A DNA stretch of 64,000 bases from Thermodesulfobacteriota bacterium. Lineage in GTDB: Bacteria > Desulfobacterota_D > UBA1144 > Nemesobacterales > Mycalebacteriaceae. The stretch lies in NCBI GenBank assembly GCA_965226585.1, contig OZ245366.1:928001-992000 (forward strand), written 5' to 3'. Position 1 is the first letter of the stretch, and every line of letters starts with the position of its first letter. A program made the translations under genes and the position numbers. Positions 9,527 through 19,069 of the stretch are shown here, in pieces. The notes under the pieces are model-generated. The model was not told where the DNA came from. It worked only from the letters and a program-made list of their open reading frames with translations, and made no database searches.

Positions 9527-10099
9527 TTAATAGTGGCACGTCAGGCAGTCTTTCAACTGCGTTTCGTGGTACTCGTTCTCCGCGTTTTCCTCATGGCACG
9601 ATATACAGAATCCCATGTTAAGCCTTTCCACTTTTCTCACAACGTCCATTTTCTCAACCTCGCCGTGACAGGTTTTACACTCAATTCCCTTCTTGATGTG
9701 GCGTTTGTGGCTGAACTGAACGTATTCCGCCATCGGTGAAACCTTTATCCATGGTATCGGCTCTTTCTTCTCCCAGTATTCTTTGAGTTTCGCTATCTCT
9801 TCGCGAAGGTTGATAACGGAGCCGTCGTCTGCTTTGTATTCTTCGTCTCTGCCCTGAATGTGAGTGTGGCATCCCATACATTTCTGAACGGACGGGATTC
9901 CGGGGTGCGTGGAAACGGCTACGTAGCTGTGGCAGGTGCGGCACTCTATTTTGTTGTCTCCGGCGTGAATTTTGTGGCTGAAAAGTATCGGCTGTTCGGG
10001 ACCCTTTTTTGCCGCGCGCGCTTCGTCTGATAAAAAGACGGAACAAGCCCCGCAGATCAGAAGCAAGAATGTAAACGCCCTTTTCAAAGTTGTGTTCAT
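9527..10099 (-). CDS. actA: Alternative complex III pentaheme cytochrome c ActA
   Basis: Five CxxCH motifs (CRTCH, CMGCH, CKTCH, CISCH, CLTCH) and QPILFSHKIH. Probable ATG at 10099 (track extends to 10204). Confidence 0.92.
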   Translation of the reverse strand: MNTTLKRAFTFLLLICGACSVFLSDEARAAKKGPEQPILFSHKIHAGDNKIECRTCHSYVAVSTHPGIPSVQKCMGCHTHIQGRDEEYKADDGSVINLREEIAKLKEYWEKKEPIPWIKVSPMAEYVQFSHKRHIKKGIECKTCHGEVEKMDVVRKVERLNMGFCISCHEENAENEYHETQLKDCLTCHY

Positions 10100-10176
10100 C
10101 AAAGGATAGATAAAAACAGATTTTGCAATACTTACGCTCTTTGAAACCCTTGTGTTATGCCAGTATAACGGGCGAT

Positions 10177-10204
10177 AAATTAACACAACTTCAAGCAGTG
10201 TCAA
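10177..10204 (-). promoter_or_regulatory. Probable sigma70 promoter for act operon
   Basis: Minus strand reads TTGACA-16 nt-TAATTT, with TG one base before the -10. Confidence 0.55.
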
Positions 10205-10215
10205 ATAGCCGTCCG

Positions 10216-10962
10216 TTACCTCAAAACGAGGTTTTTTTCATCAAGAGTTCCAAGCAAATCCGGTGTGAAAAAAGAACGGCAGTCGCGCTCCGCAAGGGTT
10301 TCGGGGCGTCCTTTCTCAACGTTAAGCCCTCTGATGAAAGGAACAACCCCCGCAACCCGCGCGCGAGATGACAGAAAATCAAGGTTCGTTTCCTCGCAAA
10401 CGCTTTCTTGCTCCGGGTATCCGCAGATAACAACTCCGGCAATCTCAAGGTTTCTCGCCCGCGCCCCTTCCACGGTCAGAAGCGTGTGATTTATGGTTCC
10501 CAGCCCAGCCCTTGCCGCTATAACCGTTCTGAAACCCAGTTCCGCCGCAAAATCCGCCATAGAGTAGTCATCTCTTATCGGAACAAGCAGGCCGCCCGCG
10601 CCTTCAACGATAACGGCGTCATGGTTTTCCGTTTCCTCTTTTATTAGGGTCAGCAGTTTCTGTATGTCAAAGCCCGTGTTTTCAATCTCCGCCGCCATCA
10701 TCGGGGCAAGCGGCTCTTGCAGGCTGTACGGGTTTGCCCGCTCCGGGTTGAAACTTTTTCCCATCACGAGATGGACAAACTCTGCGTCAGTCGTGTCGCC
10801 CGCCGCGCAACCGGTTTGAAACGGCTTGATTGCCGAGACCGTTTTCCCCGCCGCCATCAGGCACCGGGCAAGCGCCGCGCAAACAACCGTTTTTCCCGCG
10901 CCGGTGTCCGTGCCGGTGACAAAAAAGCGCAGTTTCGCGCCGTCTGGTTCCTGTCCGCTCAA
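10216..10962 (-). CDS. bioD: Dethiobiotin synthase
   Basis: FVTGTDTGAGKT, KPFQTG, VEGAGGL, LGTINHTLLT. Confidence 0.96.
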   Translation of the reverse strand: MSGQEPDGAKLRFFVTGTDTGAGKTVVCAALARCLMAAGKTVSAIKPFQTGCAAGDTTDAEFVHLVMGKSFNPERANPYSLQEPLAPMMAAEIENTGFDIQKLLTLIKEETENHDAVIVEGAGGLLVPIRDDYSMADFAAELGFRTVIAARAGLGTINHTLLTVEGARARNLEIAGVVICGYPEQESVCEETNLDFLSSRARVAGVVPFIRGLNVEKGRPETLAERDCRSFFTPDLLGTLDEKNLVLR

Positions 10963-10964
10963 GG

Positions 10965-11426
10965 TTAAAGGGAAAATTCTTCTATCTTTTTGAGGATTTC
11001 ATCGCCGTGGGAATGTGTGTCAACTTTTTTCCAGATATGCCTTATCACTCCCTTGCCGTCCACAAGAAACGTAACGCGCCTCGCCGTGTTTGACGGGCTC
11101 GCGATTCCGTAAAGCTCGATGATTTTTCTGTCGCTGTCGCTTGCGAGAGTGTAGTTGAGTTCGTGCTTGTTTTTGAAGCCGTCGTGCGATTTAACGCTGT
11201 CTGTGCTTATTCCCAGAATCGTTATCCCCTTTCTGCGTATCGCGTCTTCGCTGTCTCTCAGTGAACACGCCTCGCGTGTGCAGCCGGGAGTGTTGTCTCT
11301 TGGGTAAAAACAAATTACCGCGCCGCCTTCCGCGATAATGTCAGAGAGAGAAACCTTTCCACCGCCGTCAGTTTCGGCTTCAAAAAGCGGCGCTTTATCC
11401 CCGGTTTTGAGTTCCTTTGCCATCAC
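10965..11426 (-). CDS. bcp: Peroxiredoxin BCP/PrxQ
   Basis: FYPRDNTPGCTREAC motif. Confidence 0.93.
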   Translation of the reverse strand: MMAKELKTGDKAPLFEAETDGGGKVSLSDIIAEGGAVICFYPRDNTPGCTREACSLRDSEDAIRRKGITILGISTDSVKSHDGFKNKHELNYTLASDSDRKIIELYGIASPSNTARRVTFLVDGKGVIRHIWKKVDTHSHGDEILKKIEEFSL

Positions 11427-11434
11427 TTTCCCCG

Positions 11435-11761
11435 TTATATGTTGAAACTTTCCCTTGCCGCTTCGCTCATCATTTCAGGCGTCCACGGCGGATCCCACAC
11501 AACCTCAACATCCACCTTGTCAACGCCTTCAATTTCAGAAGTCAGCATCTTTGCCTCGGCAACTATCTGCCCCGCCGCCGGACATCCGGGTGATGTCATT
11601 GTCATAAGGATTTTCACGCCTCCGCCTTCAACCTCAACGTTGTAGATAAGCCCCAGATTTACTATGTCAACGGGGATTTCAGGGTCGTATATGTCGCCGA
11701 GAATTTCAAAAACTTTCTCTTTTGAAACCATTCCGTCCGCGCTTTCAGTTTTTTCAGTCAT
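11435..11761 (-). CDS. DUF59/SufT/MIP18 Fe-S assembly factor
   Basis: DPEIPVDIVNLGLIY, MTMTSPGCP, WDPPWT. Confidence 0.92.
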   Translation of the reverse strand: MTEKTESADGMVSKEKVFEILGDIYDPEIPVDIVNLGLIYNVEVEGGGVKILMTMTSPGCPAAGQIVAEAKMLTSEIEGVDKVDVEVVWDPPWTPEMMSEAARESFNI

Positions 11762-11769
11762 TGTTTTTT

Positions 11770-12288
11770 TCAGGACAGGGATTTAACCGCTTCCAGAACC
11801 GTCTCGTAGTCGGGCTCGTCCGCCACCTCTTTCACATACTCGGCGTGCCGGACAATATTGTTTTCATCCACCACAAAAACAGACCTTGCGAGAAGGCGGT
11901 TTTCCTTGATAAGCACTCCGTAGGACTCACCGAAAGACGCGCTCTGATGGTCGCTCAGGCAAACGCCGTTTTCAATGCAGGCGTCTTTAACATAGCGAGC
12001 CTGTGAAAACGGAAGATCCATACTTACCGTTATCACCTCAACATTTTCCGGCAGTGATTTTACTTCGTTTGAAAAGCGTTTTGTCTGAACATCGCACACC
12101 GGAGTGTCGACCGAAACCACCACGTTGAATATTTTAATTTTACCCTCAAAACTTGAGAGGGACGCTTTGTTTCCCGGTCCCATGTTAGACAGAAAATCCG
12201 GCGCGGGGTCGCCCGCCTTCACCTCCGCGCCCACAAGCGTGAGCGGGTTTCCTTTCATTGTTACGGTTCTTGTTTCTGCTGAAGTCAT
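11770..12288 (-). CDS. tpx: Thiol peroxidase
   Basis: SVDTPVCDVQTKRF, SMDLPF.QAR, LLARSVFV, EPDYE. Confidence 0.94.
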   Translation of the reverse strand: MTSAETRTVTMKGNPLTLVGAEVKAGDPAPDFLSNMGPGNKASLSSFEGKIKIFNVVVSVDTPVCDVQTKRFSNEVKSLPENVEVITVSMDLPFSQARYVKDACIENGVCLSDHQSASFGESYGVLIKENRLLARSVFVVDENNIVRHAEYVKEVADEPDYETVLEAVKSLS

Positions 12289-12305
12289 CGTGTTCCTCCG
12301 CTGTT

Positions 12306-12333
12306 TTGAAAATTAATCATCTTTCGCTATTCT
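12306..12333 (+). promoter_or_regulatory. Possible sigma70 promoter for the MMPL transport triplet
   Basis: TTGAAA-16 nt-TATTCT, 12 nt upstream of the GTG at 12346. Confidence 0.4.
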
Positions 12334-12345
12334 ACTGAACTCATC

Positions 12346-13128
12346 GTGTTCCTTCAATCTCACTCCGCCGCAAGGTTTGTTGCAGTCGCGTTTTTTATCG
12401 CGGCAATTTTCGCGCCGCAAATTTCGTCCGCTCTTGAAAGCGCGGATGAACTTATGCGTCAGGTCTATGAGCAGGGGCGCATTCACAAAAGCCAGAGAAT
12501 GAATATGGAGATACGAATAAAGGATTCCCGAGGGCGCAAGCGCGTCCGTTTTTTCAAAACGCTTTACCTTATCGACAAAAAGCAGACGAAAAGTCTTTTG
12601 CGTTTTTACAAGCCTTCAGACGTGAAGGGAACCGGGCTGTTCAACATCGTGTATGACAAAAAGAACAAGGAGAATGACCAGTGGATTTATTTTCCGGCTT
12701 TTCGCACCGTCAGCAAACTTGGGATAGAGGATAAGAACGACAGTTTTATGGGCTCGGATTTTACAAACGCCGACATTGCGGGAAGAAAACCTGCGGAAGA
12801 CACTCACACTTTGTTAAAGGCGGATGAGAAAAACCCGGTTGTATCAAGTGTTCCCCGCAACTCTTCCGACCTTTACTCAAAAATAGAGACTCACATAATC
12901 AGCAGGGTGAAGGTGCCGGAGAAGATTGTTTTTTATGACCGTTCCGGCAAGCGTTTGAAAACTCTCACGAGCAAAAAGATAGCAAAAATTGAAGGGATGT
13001 ATGTTATCGTTGAAGCCGAGATGGAGAACCACTTGACGGGCGGCTCCACGTATCTGACGAAACGTGAAATCAATTTCAAAAAAATCAGTTCTGCGGAGGT
13101 CAGCGTTGCAAAACTCAAAAACAGATAG
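12346..13128 (+). CDS. LolA-like outer-membrane lipoprotein-sorting family periplasmic protein
   Basis: Signal peptide; P.DVKGTG, DQWIYFPA, SFMGSDFT..D, FYDRSGKRLK are characteristic of this family. Confidence 0.88.
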   Translation: MFLQSHSAARFVAVAFFIAAIFAPQISSALESADELMRQVYEQGRIHKSQRMNMEIRIKDSRGRKRVRFFKTLYLIDKKQTKSLLRFYKPSDVKGTGLFNIVYDKKNKENDQWIYFPAFRTVSKLGIEDKNDSFMGSDFTNADIAGRKPAEDTHTLLKADEKNPVVSSVPRNSSDLYSKIETHIISRVKVPEKIVFYDRSGKRLKTLTSKKIAKIEGMYVIVEAEMENHLTGGSTYLTKREINFKKISSAEVSVAKLKNR

Positions 13129-13135
13129 GGCAAAA

Positions 13136-14704
13136 TTGCGTTCCGTATTTTTTGCGGTTTTCACTTTTGTTCTTGTTCCGGCTCTCGCCGTGTTTCCTCC
13201 GGCTCAGTCCGCGCGCGGCGCGGTTATTGAAGAGGAATACGTTATTGAAGAGGAATACACGGAAACATCGTCAGGCGGCGCGCTTGAAAAATTAAGGGAG
13301 TATGTGTTTTTGAATGTCGGCGCGTTCACGACTCTCACGGGCGACAACAAGAGAAGTCTGTATTTCGGCAGCGGCGGGATTGATGTTTCAAAAGACAAGT
13401 TTCAAATCTATGTTGAGGGCAGAGCCTGGAAGCAGGAGATAACTATCACGCAGAAACTCAGGCGGGGCGGTAATGGTCTAGATAAAGATGGAAACCGTCT
13501 TCCTGAAAAAAGGGACACTACTATTCCCGGTGATGATATTGACCTCTCCGAAGCGTATGTGGGTTTCACGCCCATTCCGCAACTGGACATTAAACTTGGA
13601 CGGCGCAAGGTTATCTGGGGGCAACTTGAAACGGCATCGCCGGTTTCCTTTATTATTCCTTCACTGTCACAGAACATCGGAACGGATTTTTCAAAGGTGA
13701 ACTACATCGTTCCGCAAAACTCCGCGCAGATTTCAATTATCCCTCACGAGCGTTTAGAGGTTCAGGGTTATTTTTTCTTCAAAACTCGGACGGATGAACT
13801 GTTCACCGATGAAATTGTGGACAGGTATAAAATAAAGAAGTCCGACTACGAAGACCACAACCAATTTGCCGGGCGAATAGTCTACTACCCCGACTGGGGA
13901 GCGGTCGCCCTCACCTACTACAATGGACGGAGTGCTTTTCTCTACTCCGACTTTTCGCGTCCAATGGCTGGTGATGACACAATAACAAGCGCGGCATGTG
14001 CGATAACAAGTGGTACGGCACGAAACTGCGACCTTAATCACGACCCGCGAATTCCCGAACTTCAGGCATACGCTTTTGAGATTGCTTACAGATGGGGAAG
14101 ATGGAGTTTCAAAGGCGAGGCGACTTACAGGGACAGCGAGGAAGATTTGGATATTTACGAAGGGTTGCTGAATAAAGAAACACCCGAAGGTGCGGAAAAA
14201 GCTTATCTGGATTGGGGAATAGGAAACGGCGGAAAATTCTACGGTGATGAAAGAGCGATTGTTGCCGCGGCGGGAATTGGATACGAAGCGGACAGGTGGA
14301 GAGTTGAGTTGGGCGGCCTGTTTGTAGATGTTGCCTTCAAAGGCGAGGCGAAAAAGGGAGCGGAACTGTATGAAGCAATTGAAGGCAACGATTCACCTGA
14401 ATTTTCAGGCGCGTTCCCGTTCGGAACTGTTGCTTACTTTGTGGACGACAGCAAAAAATCTTTCGTTGGAGCAACGGGCGGATTGCTCGGAACCTTCGGA
14501 ATAGGCGCGAGTCTTTACGGTGTCCTCACAATAGACAGATATGACTACCTCGGAGCCGGAACCCTTCAGCTTGTCGCGGGAGTTGATTTCATACAATACA
14601 CCTCGGATGAAGAACTCAGTGACCAGAACGATGACGGCGGAACATACGAATTTGATGATGAAATTACCATAGCGCCCCGTGTCGGTGTGATATGGAAGTT
14701 CTGA
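13136..14704 (+). CDS. Outer-membrane beta-barrel protein (DUF1302-like)
   Basis: Signal peptide from probable TTG at 13136, LSEAY..., LGRRKVIWGQ motif, C-terminal VIWKF beta-signal. Sits between the LolA-like and MMPL genes. Confidence 0.72.
   Translation: MRSVFFAVFTFVLVPALAVFPPAQSARGAVIEEEYVIEEEYTETSSGGALEKLREYVFLNVGAFTTLTGDNKRSLYFGSGGIDVSKDKFQIYVEGRAWKQEITITQKLRRGGNGLDKDGNRLPEKRDTTIPGDDIDLSEAYVGFTPIPQLDIKLGRRKVIWGQLETASPVSFIIPSLSQNIGTDFSKVNYIVPQNSAQISIIPHERLEVQGYFFFKTRTDELFTDEIVDRYKIKKSDYEDHNQFAGRIVYYPDWGAVALTYYNGRSAFLYSDFSRPMAGDDTITSAACAITSGTARNCDLNHDPRIPELQAYAFEIAYRWGRWSFKGEATYRDSEEDLDIYEGLLNKETPEGAEKAYLDWGIGNGGKFYGDERAIVAAAGIGYEADRWRVELGGLFVDVAFKGEAKKGAELYEAIEGNDSPEFSGAFPFGTVAYFVDDSKKSFVGATGGLLGTFGIGASLYGVLTIDRYDYLGAGTLQLVAGVDFIQYTSDEELSDQNDDGGTYEFDDEITIAPRVGVIWKF
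13223..13258 (+). repeat. Perfect 18-bp in-frame tandem duplication (VIEEEY x2)
   Basis: GTTATTGAAGAGGAATAC at 13223-13240 and 13241-13258. Confidence 0.95.
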
Positions 14705-14705
14705 A

Positions 14706-16934
14706 GTGCGTAAGGCAACCCTTTTATTTCTCTGGCTCGCAACCGTTTTCGCAATAGCGGTTCCGTCTCTGCGTCCGCAGTTTGACAGCGACCTGTGGCT
14801 CTCCCGCGACCACCCTCTTGAAAAAAGCATTGATTATCTGGACAGCGAGTTTGAGCACGGGGAAGACCTTTTCCTTATGGCTCACACCGAAAAAGAGTTT
14901 TTCTCAGACCCTTCCCTGTTTTCCTCCGTTGAAGACCTTGAAGAACGGCTCTCCCTGATTCCCGGAGTTATCTCCACCCGTTCGCCGGTGTCGGCAAAAA
15001 CCGTTATCCAAAGCAAAGGGCAACTCAGAATAAGCGGCTTCAAACAGTCTCTGGAAGACGGATTTATAAAAAATTCGGAAGAATACCGGCGGCTTTTTAC
15101 AGACAGTCCCTACAACGGAAAACTCCTTTCGCTTGACGGAAAAACCTTCGCCATAAGAATGAAAGTGGACACTCGCAGACAGGCGCAAAAACGCGACACG
15201 CTTGTTGAAGCCGTCCGCTCGGAGATAAAAAATTCACCCTTTCCTTCGGCACAACTTGCCGGAGACGCGGCTTTGCAGGCGCAGATAAACGGCTCCGTTA
15301 AAAATGAACTTTTTCCCCTTCTTGCCGCTTGCGCGGCGGTTGTGTGCGTTTTTCTTTTCCTGTTTTTGCGAAACAGGTTTCAAGTCGCGGTTCTGATGAC
15401 CTGCCTCACAGTCGCGGTGGCGCAATGCATTGCGACCGTGAATCTTCTCGGGCACGCATTCACGCCCGTAAGCCTCTGCCTGCCGCTTCTTGTGTGCGTT
15501 ATCGTGATAGCGGACGGGCTTCATATTTTCGCGATATGGGACAAAGAATCCACAGGGGAAAATCCCGACCCTCTGCGCGCAACAATCAGCGCAACATGGT
15601 TTCCGTGTCTGCTTACAAGCCTCACAAGCGCGGTCGGGTTCGGCGCTTTTTTCGTCAGCAAACTTGTTCCGGTGAGCAATTTCGGAATTGATTCAATCTT
15701 CGCGATAGTCCTTTGCTATCCGGTTTTGATATCCACCGTCTGGGGTTCGCTGTTTCTGTTCCCGCGCCATTTGACACGCCCCAACCGCGCAAAGGCGGAA
15801 AGGATAACGCCGCAAGTTCTGAATCTTTACTCCTCCTTCTCGCGGCATCCCGGAAAAACCATCATTATTTTCTCTTTCCTTTGCGTAATTCTGGCGTCTT
15901 CGCTGTTATACCTGAGGACGGAGACAAACTTTCTCAACGTGCTGTTCACAAAATCAAGCCCAATAGCGCGGGCGTTCAATCTTGCCGACCGCGAACTGGG
16001 CGGCTCCGGTTCTGTTGAGGTTCTGATTGGACAGACGGATGAAGGGTTTTTCGGAAAAATTGAAAACTTCAATCGCGTGAAAAATCTTGCCGGTGTTTTC
16101 AACTCTCACACGCTTGTGAAAGACTCCGCAAGTTATCTGCTTCCGGTTGAGATAACGCACCGCCCGCTTTCAAAAGGCGGCGGCCGTTTGCCCACACGCA
16201 GTGAGGAACTCGCGCAGGAGATTCTCTTTCTTGAACTCTCTCGCGGGGAAACGGAGAAAGACATTTTAAGCCCATATCTGAACTTCAATTCATCCGCCGC
16301 GCGCGTACAGGTTCAAACCGCCAACCTCACGTCCTCAAAACTTGCCACCCTGATAGCGTTTATAAAAAAGAACTCAGCGGACATCTTCCCAAGCGCGCAA
16401 ACCGTTGTTACGGGAAGCGGCGCGTACACATTGAGTCTCAGCCGCTATGTTCTCTCAACTCAGGCGCGGAGTTTCGCCCTCACCTTTGCGGTTATAGGCG
16501 TGATTTTTGTTTTTATCTTCGGTGCGCGTCTGGGAACGGCGGGATTTATTTCCAATATGTTTCCCGTGCTTTTTTCAACGGGTCTGCTTTCTCTGCTGAA
16601 AGTGCCCTTTGATTTCGCCACAATTCTTATCGCGGGCGTAACTCTGGGATTAAGCGTGGACGACTCCATACATTTTCTGCACCATTACAAAAGAGCGCGC
16701 CGCTCCGGAAACGGACAGACGGACGATTTTATCCGCGCATCTCTTTCCATAGTCGCAAAGCCCGTTGTGATAACAAGCCTTCTGTTCTGTCTGGCGATTG
16801 CGGTGCTCTGCTCTTCAAGCCTTGTTGTGATGGTGAAGTTCTCCGTATTCACGGTTGCGGGGCTGATTGCCGCGATGGTTTCGGCTTTGGTTTTCCTGCC
16901 TTCCCTTGTGCGGATTTTTGACGGAGAAGCTTAA
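14706..16934 (+). CDS. MMPL/RND-family inner-membrane transporter
   Basis: Two repeated halves with IADGLH and GLSVDDSIHF, TSLTSAVGF, about 12 TMs. Confidence 0.92.
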   Translation: MRKATLLFLWLATVFAIAVPSLRPQFDSDLWLSRDHPLEKSIDYLDSEFEHGEDLFLMAHTEKEFFSDPSLFSSVEDLEERLSLIPGVISTRSPVSAKTVIQSKGQLRISGFKQSLEDGFIKNSEEYRRLFTDSPYNGKLLSLDGKTFAIRMKVDTRRQAQKRDTLVEAVRSEIKNSPFPSAQLAGDAALQAQINGSVKNELFPLLAACAAVVCVFLFLFLRNRFQVAVLMTCLTVAVAQCIATVNLLGHAFTPVSLCLPLLVCVIVIADGLHIFAIWDKESTGENPDPLRATISATWFPCLLTSLTSAVGFGAFFVSKLVPVSNFGIDSIFAIVLCYPVLISTVWGSLFLFPRHLTRPNRAKAERITPQVLNLYSSFSRHPGKTIIIFSFLCVILASSLLYLRTETNFLNVLFTKSSPIARAFNLADRELGGSGSVEVLIGQTDEGFFGKIENFNRVKNLAGVFNSHTLVKDSASYLLPVEITHRPLSKGGGRLPTRSEELAQEILFLELSRGETEKDILSPYLNFNSSAARVQVQTANLTSSKLATLIAFIKKNSADIFPSAQTVVTGSGAYTLSLSRYVLSTQARSFALTFAVIGVIFVFIFGARLGTAGFISNMFPVLFSTGLLSLLKVPFDFATILIAGVTLGLSVDDSIHFLHHYKRARRSGNGQTDDFIRASLSIVAKPVVITSLLFCLAIAVLCSSSLVVMVKFSVFTVAGLIAAMVSALVFLPSLVRIFDGEA

Positions 16935-17242
16935 GCTTCGTCATCTTCTGCGCCGGAGTTGATTTTGTCCGCGCAAATCTTTGCGTCAATCATCGCGAAA
17001 GCCGTCAGCAGAAGCCCCGCTACCAGATAAGCCCAGAAAATCCCCTTGTCTTCATCGGCAATATCTTTGTCCATCGTTTGCCGGACAAAAGGTCCGTTCA
17101 GATAAGATATGAGGAAGTTCAACCCCAAAAGCGGCAGACCTTTGATGAAATTGCCGGTGTACATGTGTCCGAGACCCGGAATAATCGCCGAAAGCGTAAC
17201 AGCGAGCCACGGACGCTTTATTGTTCTGTTCACTGAGCCCAT
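16931..17242 (-). CDS. Small membrane protein (SAIIPGLGHMY family)
   Basis: LSAIIPGLGHMYTG motif and hydrophobic segments. Overlaps the trpC end. Confidence 0.75.
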   Translation of the reverse strand: MGSVNRTIKRPWLAVTLSAIIPGLGHMYTGNFIKGLPLLGLNFLISYLNGPFVRQTMDKDIADEDKGIFWAYLVAGLLLTAFAMIDAKICADKINSGAEDDEA

Positions 17243-18027
17243 CCCCGTATCATATCAGAAAGCGCTTTTCCGGGACTTGCGGACTTCATAAAACTTTCCC
17301 CGATAAGAAACGCGGAAACCCCTGTGCGTGACAACAAAAGCATATCATTTGAAGATGTTATGCCGCTTTCTGCAACTATCACTTTATCTTTGCCAATAGC
17401 TGGCGCAAGGGTTTCAGAGACGGACAGGTCCACCTCAAAGCTCTCCAAATCCCTGTTGTTGATACCGATGACGCGCGCGCCCGCTTTAAGCGCCATTTCC
17501 ACCTCCGAATGCTTGTGAACCTCAACCAGCGGCTCCATTCCAACCGAACGGGCGATTTCAAGCAGTTCTGCAATGCTCTCAGCGTTTTTAAGGGCGGCGG
17601 CTATCAGAAGAACAGAATCCGCTCCGGCGGCTCTTGATTCGTATATCTGGTGCGGATGTATCAAAAAATCCTTTCTCAAGACGGGAATAGACGTCTCGTT
17701 TTTTACCGCCGTCAGGTGAGACAGTTTTCCTTGAAAAAACCGCTCGTCCGTCAAAACGGATATTGCCGCCGCCCCGCCCTCTTCGTACCGCCTGCCGGTT
17801 GGAGCCGGTTCAAACCGCTCCGCGATGACGCCTTTTGAAGGAGACGCTTTTTTAATCTCCGCTATCACTCGCGGCGGTTTGCCCGAAGCGAGCGCGGCGC
17901 GGAAGTCTCGCGCCGGCGGGGCTTGCTCTGCGCGGGCTTTTATTTCCGCCCCGGAAAACTGTTTTGTGAGCGCGGCGATTTCCTCTTGTTTGCGCTCAAG
18001 AATTTCTGTCAGTATGGATTGCGCCAC
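17230..18027 (-). CDS. trpC: Indole-3-glycerol phosphate synthase
   Basis: IAEIKKASPSKG, SVLTD, LRKDF, GINNRDL, AESGI. Confidence 0.98.
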   Translation of the reverse strand: MAQSILTEILERKQEEIAALTKQFSGAEIKARAEQAPPARDFRAALASGKPPRVIAEIKKASPSKGVIAERFEPAPTGRRYEEGGAAAISVLTDERFFQGKLSHLTAVKNETSIPVLRKDFLIHPHQIYESRAAGADSVLLIAAALKNAESIAELLEIARSVGMEPLVEVHKHSEVEMALKAGARVIGINNRDLESFEVDLSVSETLAPAIGKDKVIVAESGITSSNDMLLLSRTGVSAFLIGESFMKSASPGKALSDMIRGWAQ

Positions 18028-18031
18028 GGTT

Positions 18032-19069
18032 TCAGTTCTTTCCCTCTGCGGAGGAAGTTTCTATGAGTTGCCGGAATTTCGCGAGCGCGGCTCCGCTCTC
18101 AAGAGACTCTTGCGCCGAGGCAAAAGCCGCTTTCATGTCGCCATGCTGTTCCGAAACGTATATCGCGGCGGCGGCGTTCAGAAGAGCCGCGTCTTTTTTC
18201 GCTCCGCTCCGTCTGTTTTCAAGAACTGCCGTCATAATGGCGGCGTTCTCTGAGGCGTTCGCTCCGCCAAGCAGTTCTGCGGCGGGGCTTTTTTTAATTC
18301 CGAAATCTTCGGGGCTGATTGAATAATGTTTTACGCTCCCGTCAGAGCAAAGTTCCGAAACTTCGGTTTCAGCCGTAACAGTTATTTCGTCCATGCCGTC
18401 TTTTCCGTGCACAACCATACAGCGGTTCAGCCCCAGCCCTTTGCAGGTGTTGACGATTTTTTCCTTTATCTCAACAGACGGCACACCGATAACCTGTCTT
18501 TTGACAAGCGCGGGGTTTGCCATCGGACCCAGAATGTTGAACGCCGTTCTTATTCCCATCTCCTTCCGCACCGGGGCGACGTTTTTCATTGAAGGATGAA
18601 AAACCGGCGCGAAAAGAAATGTTATCCCCGCGCTTTCCAAACACTTTTTTGCCGCCCGTTCGTCCATGTCAATTTTCACTCCCGCCGCTTCAAGCACATC
18701 CGCGCTGCCGACCGGGCTTGAGACCGAGCGGTTTCCGTGTTTGGCAACCGGAACGCCCGCGCCGGCGGTTATGAAAGACGCCGTTGTGGAGATGTTGAAA
18801 GTTCCCTTTGAATCGCCCCCCGTGCCGCAGAGGTCAACGGTGTCTTCCCGCACCCCTTCTATTGTTCGCGCCCGTGAAATCATGGCTTTTACGGCTCCGG
18901 TCAGTTCTTCGGGCGTTTCGCCCTTTATTCTCATCGCGATAAGAAACGCGGCGGTTTGCGCGTGTGTGAGGTCGCCGTCCATTATCCCGCGAAAAATTTC
19001 CGCGACTGTGCCGGAGTCAAGGTTTTCTCCCGATGCAACGGCTTCAAGCAGTTTGGATATTTCAGGCAT
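18032..19069 (-). CDS. trpD: Anthranilate phosphoribosyltransferase
   Basis: DLCGTGGD, NISTT, KHGNRSVSS, GSADVLE, NILGP. Confidence 0.98.
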   Translation of the reverse strand: MPEISKLLEAVASGENLDSGTVAEIFRGIMDGDLTHAQTAAFLIAMRIKGETPEELTGAVKAMISRARTIEGVREDTVDLCGTGGDSKGTFNISTTASFITAGAGVPVAKHGNRSVSSPVGSADVLEAAGVKIDMDERAAKKCLESAGITFLFAPVFHPSMKNVAPVRKEMGIRTAFNILGPMANPALVKRQVIGVPSVEIKEKIVNTCKGLGLNRCMVVHGKDGMDEITVTAETEVSELCSDGSVKHYSISPEDFGIKKSPAAELLGGANASENAAIMTAVLENRRSGAKKDAALLNAAAAIYVSEQHGDMKAAFASAQESLESGAALAKFRQLIETSSAEGKN

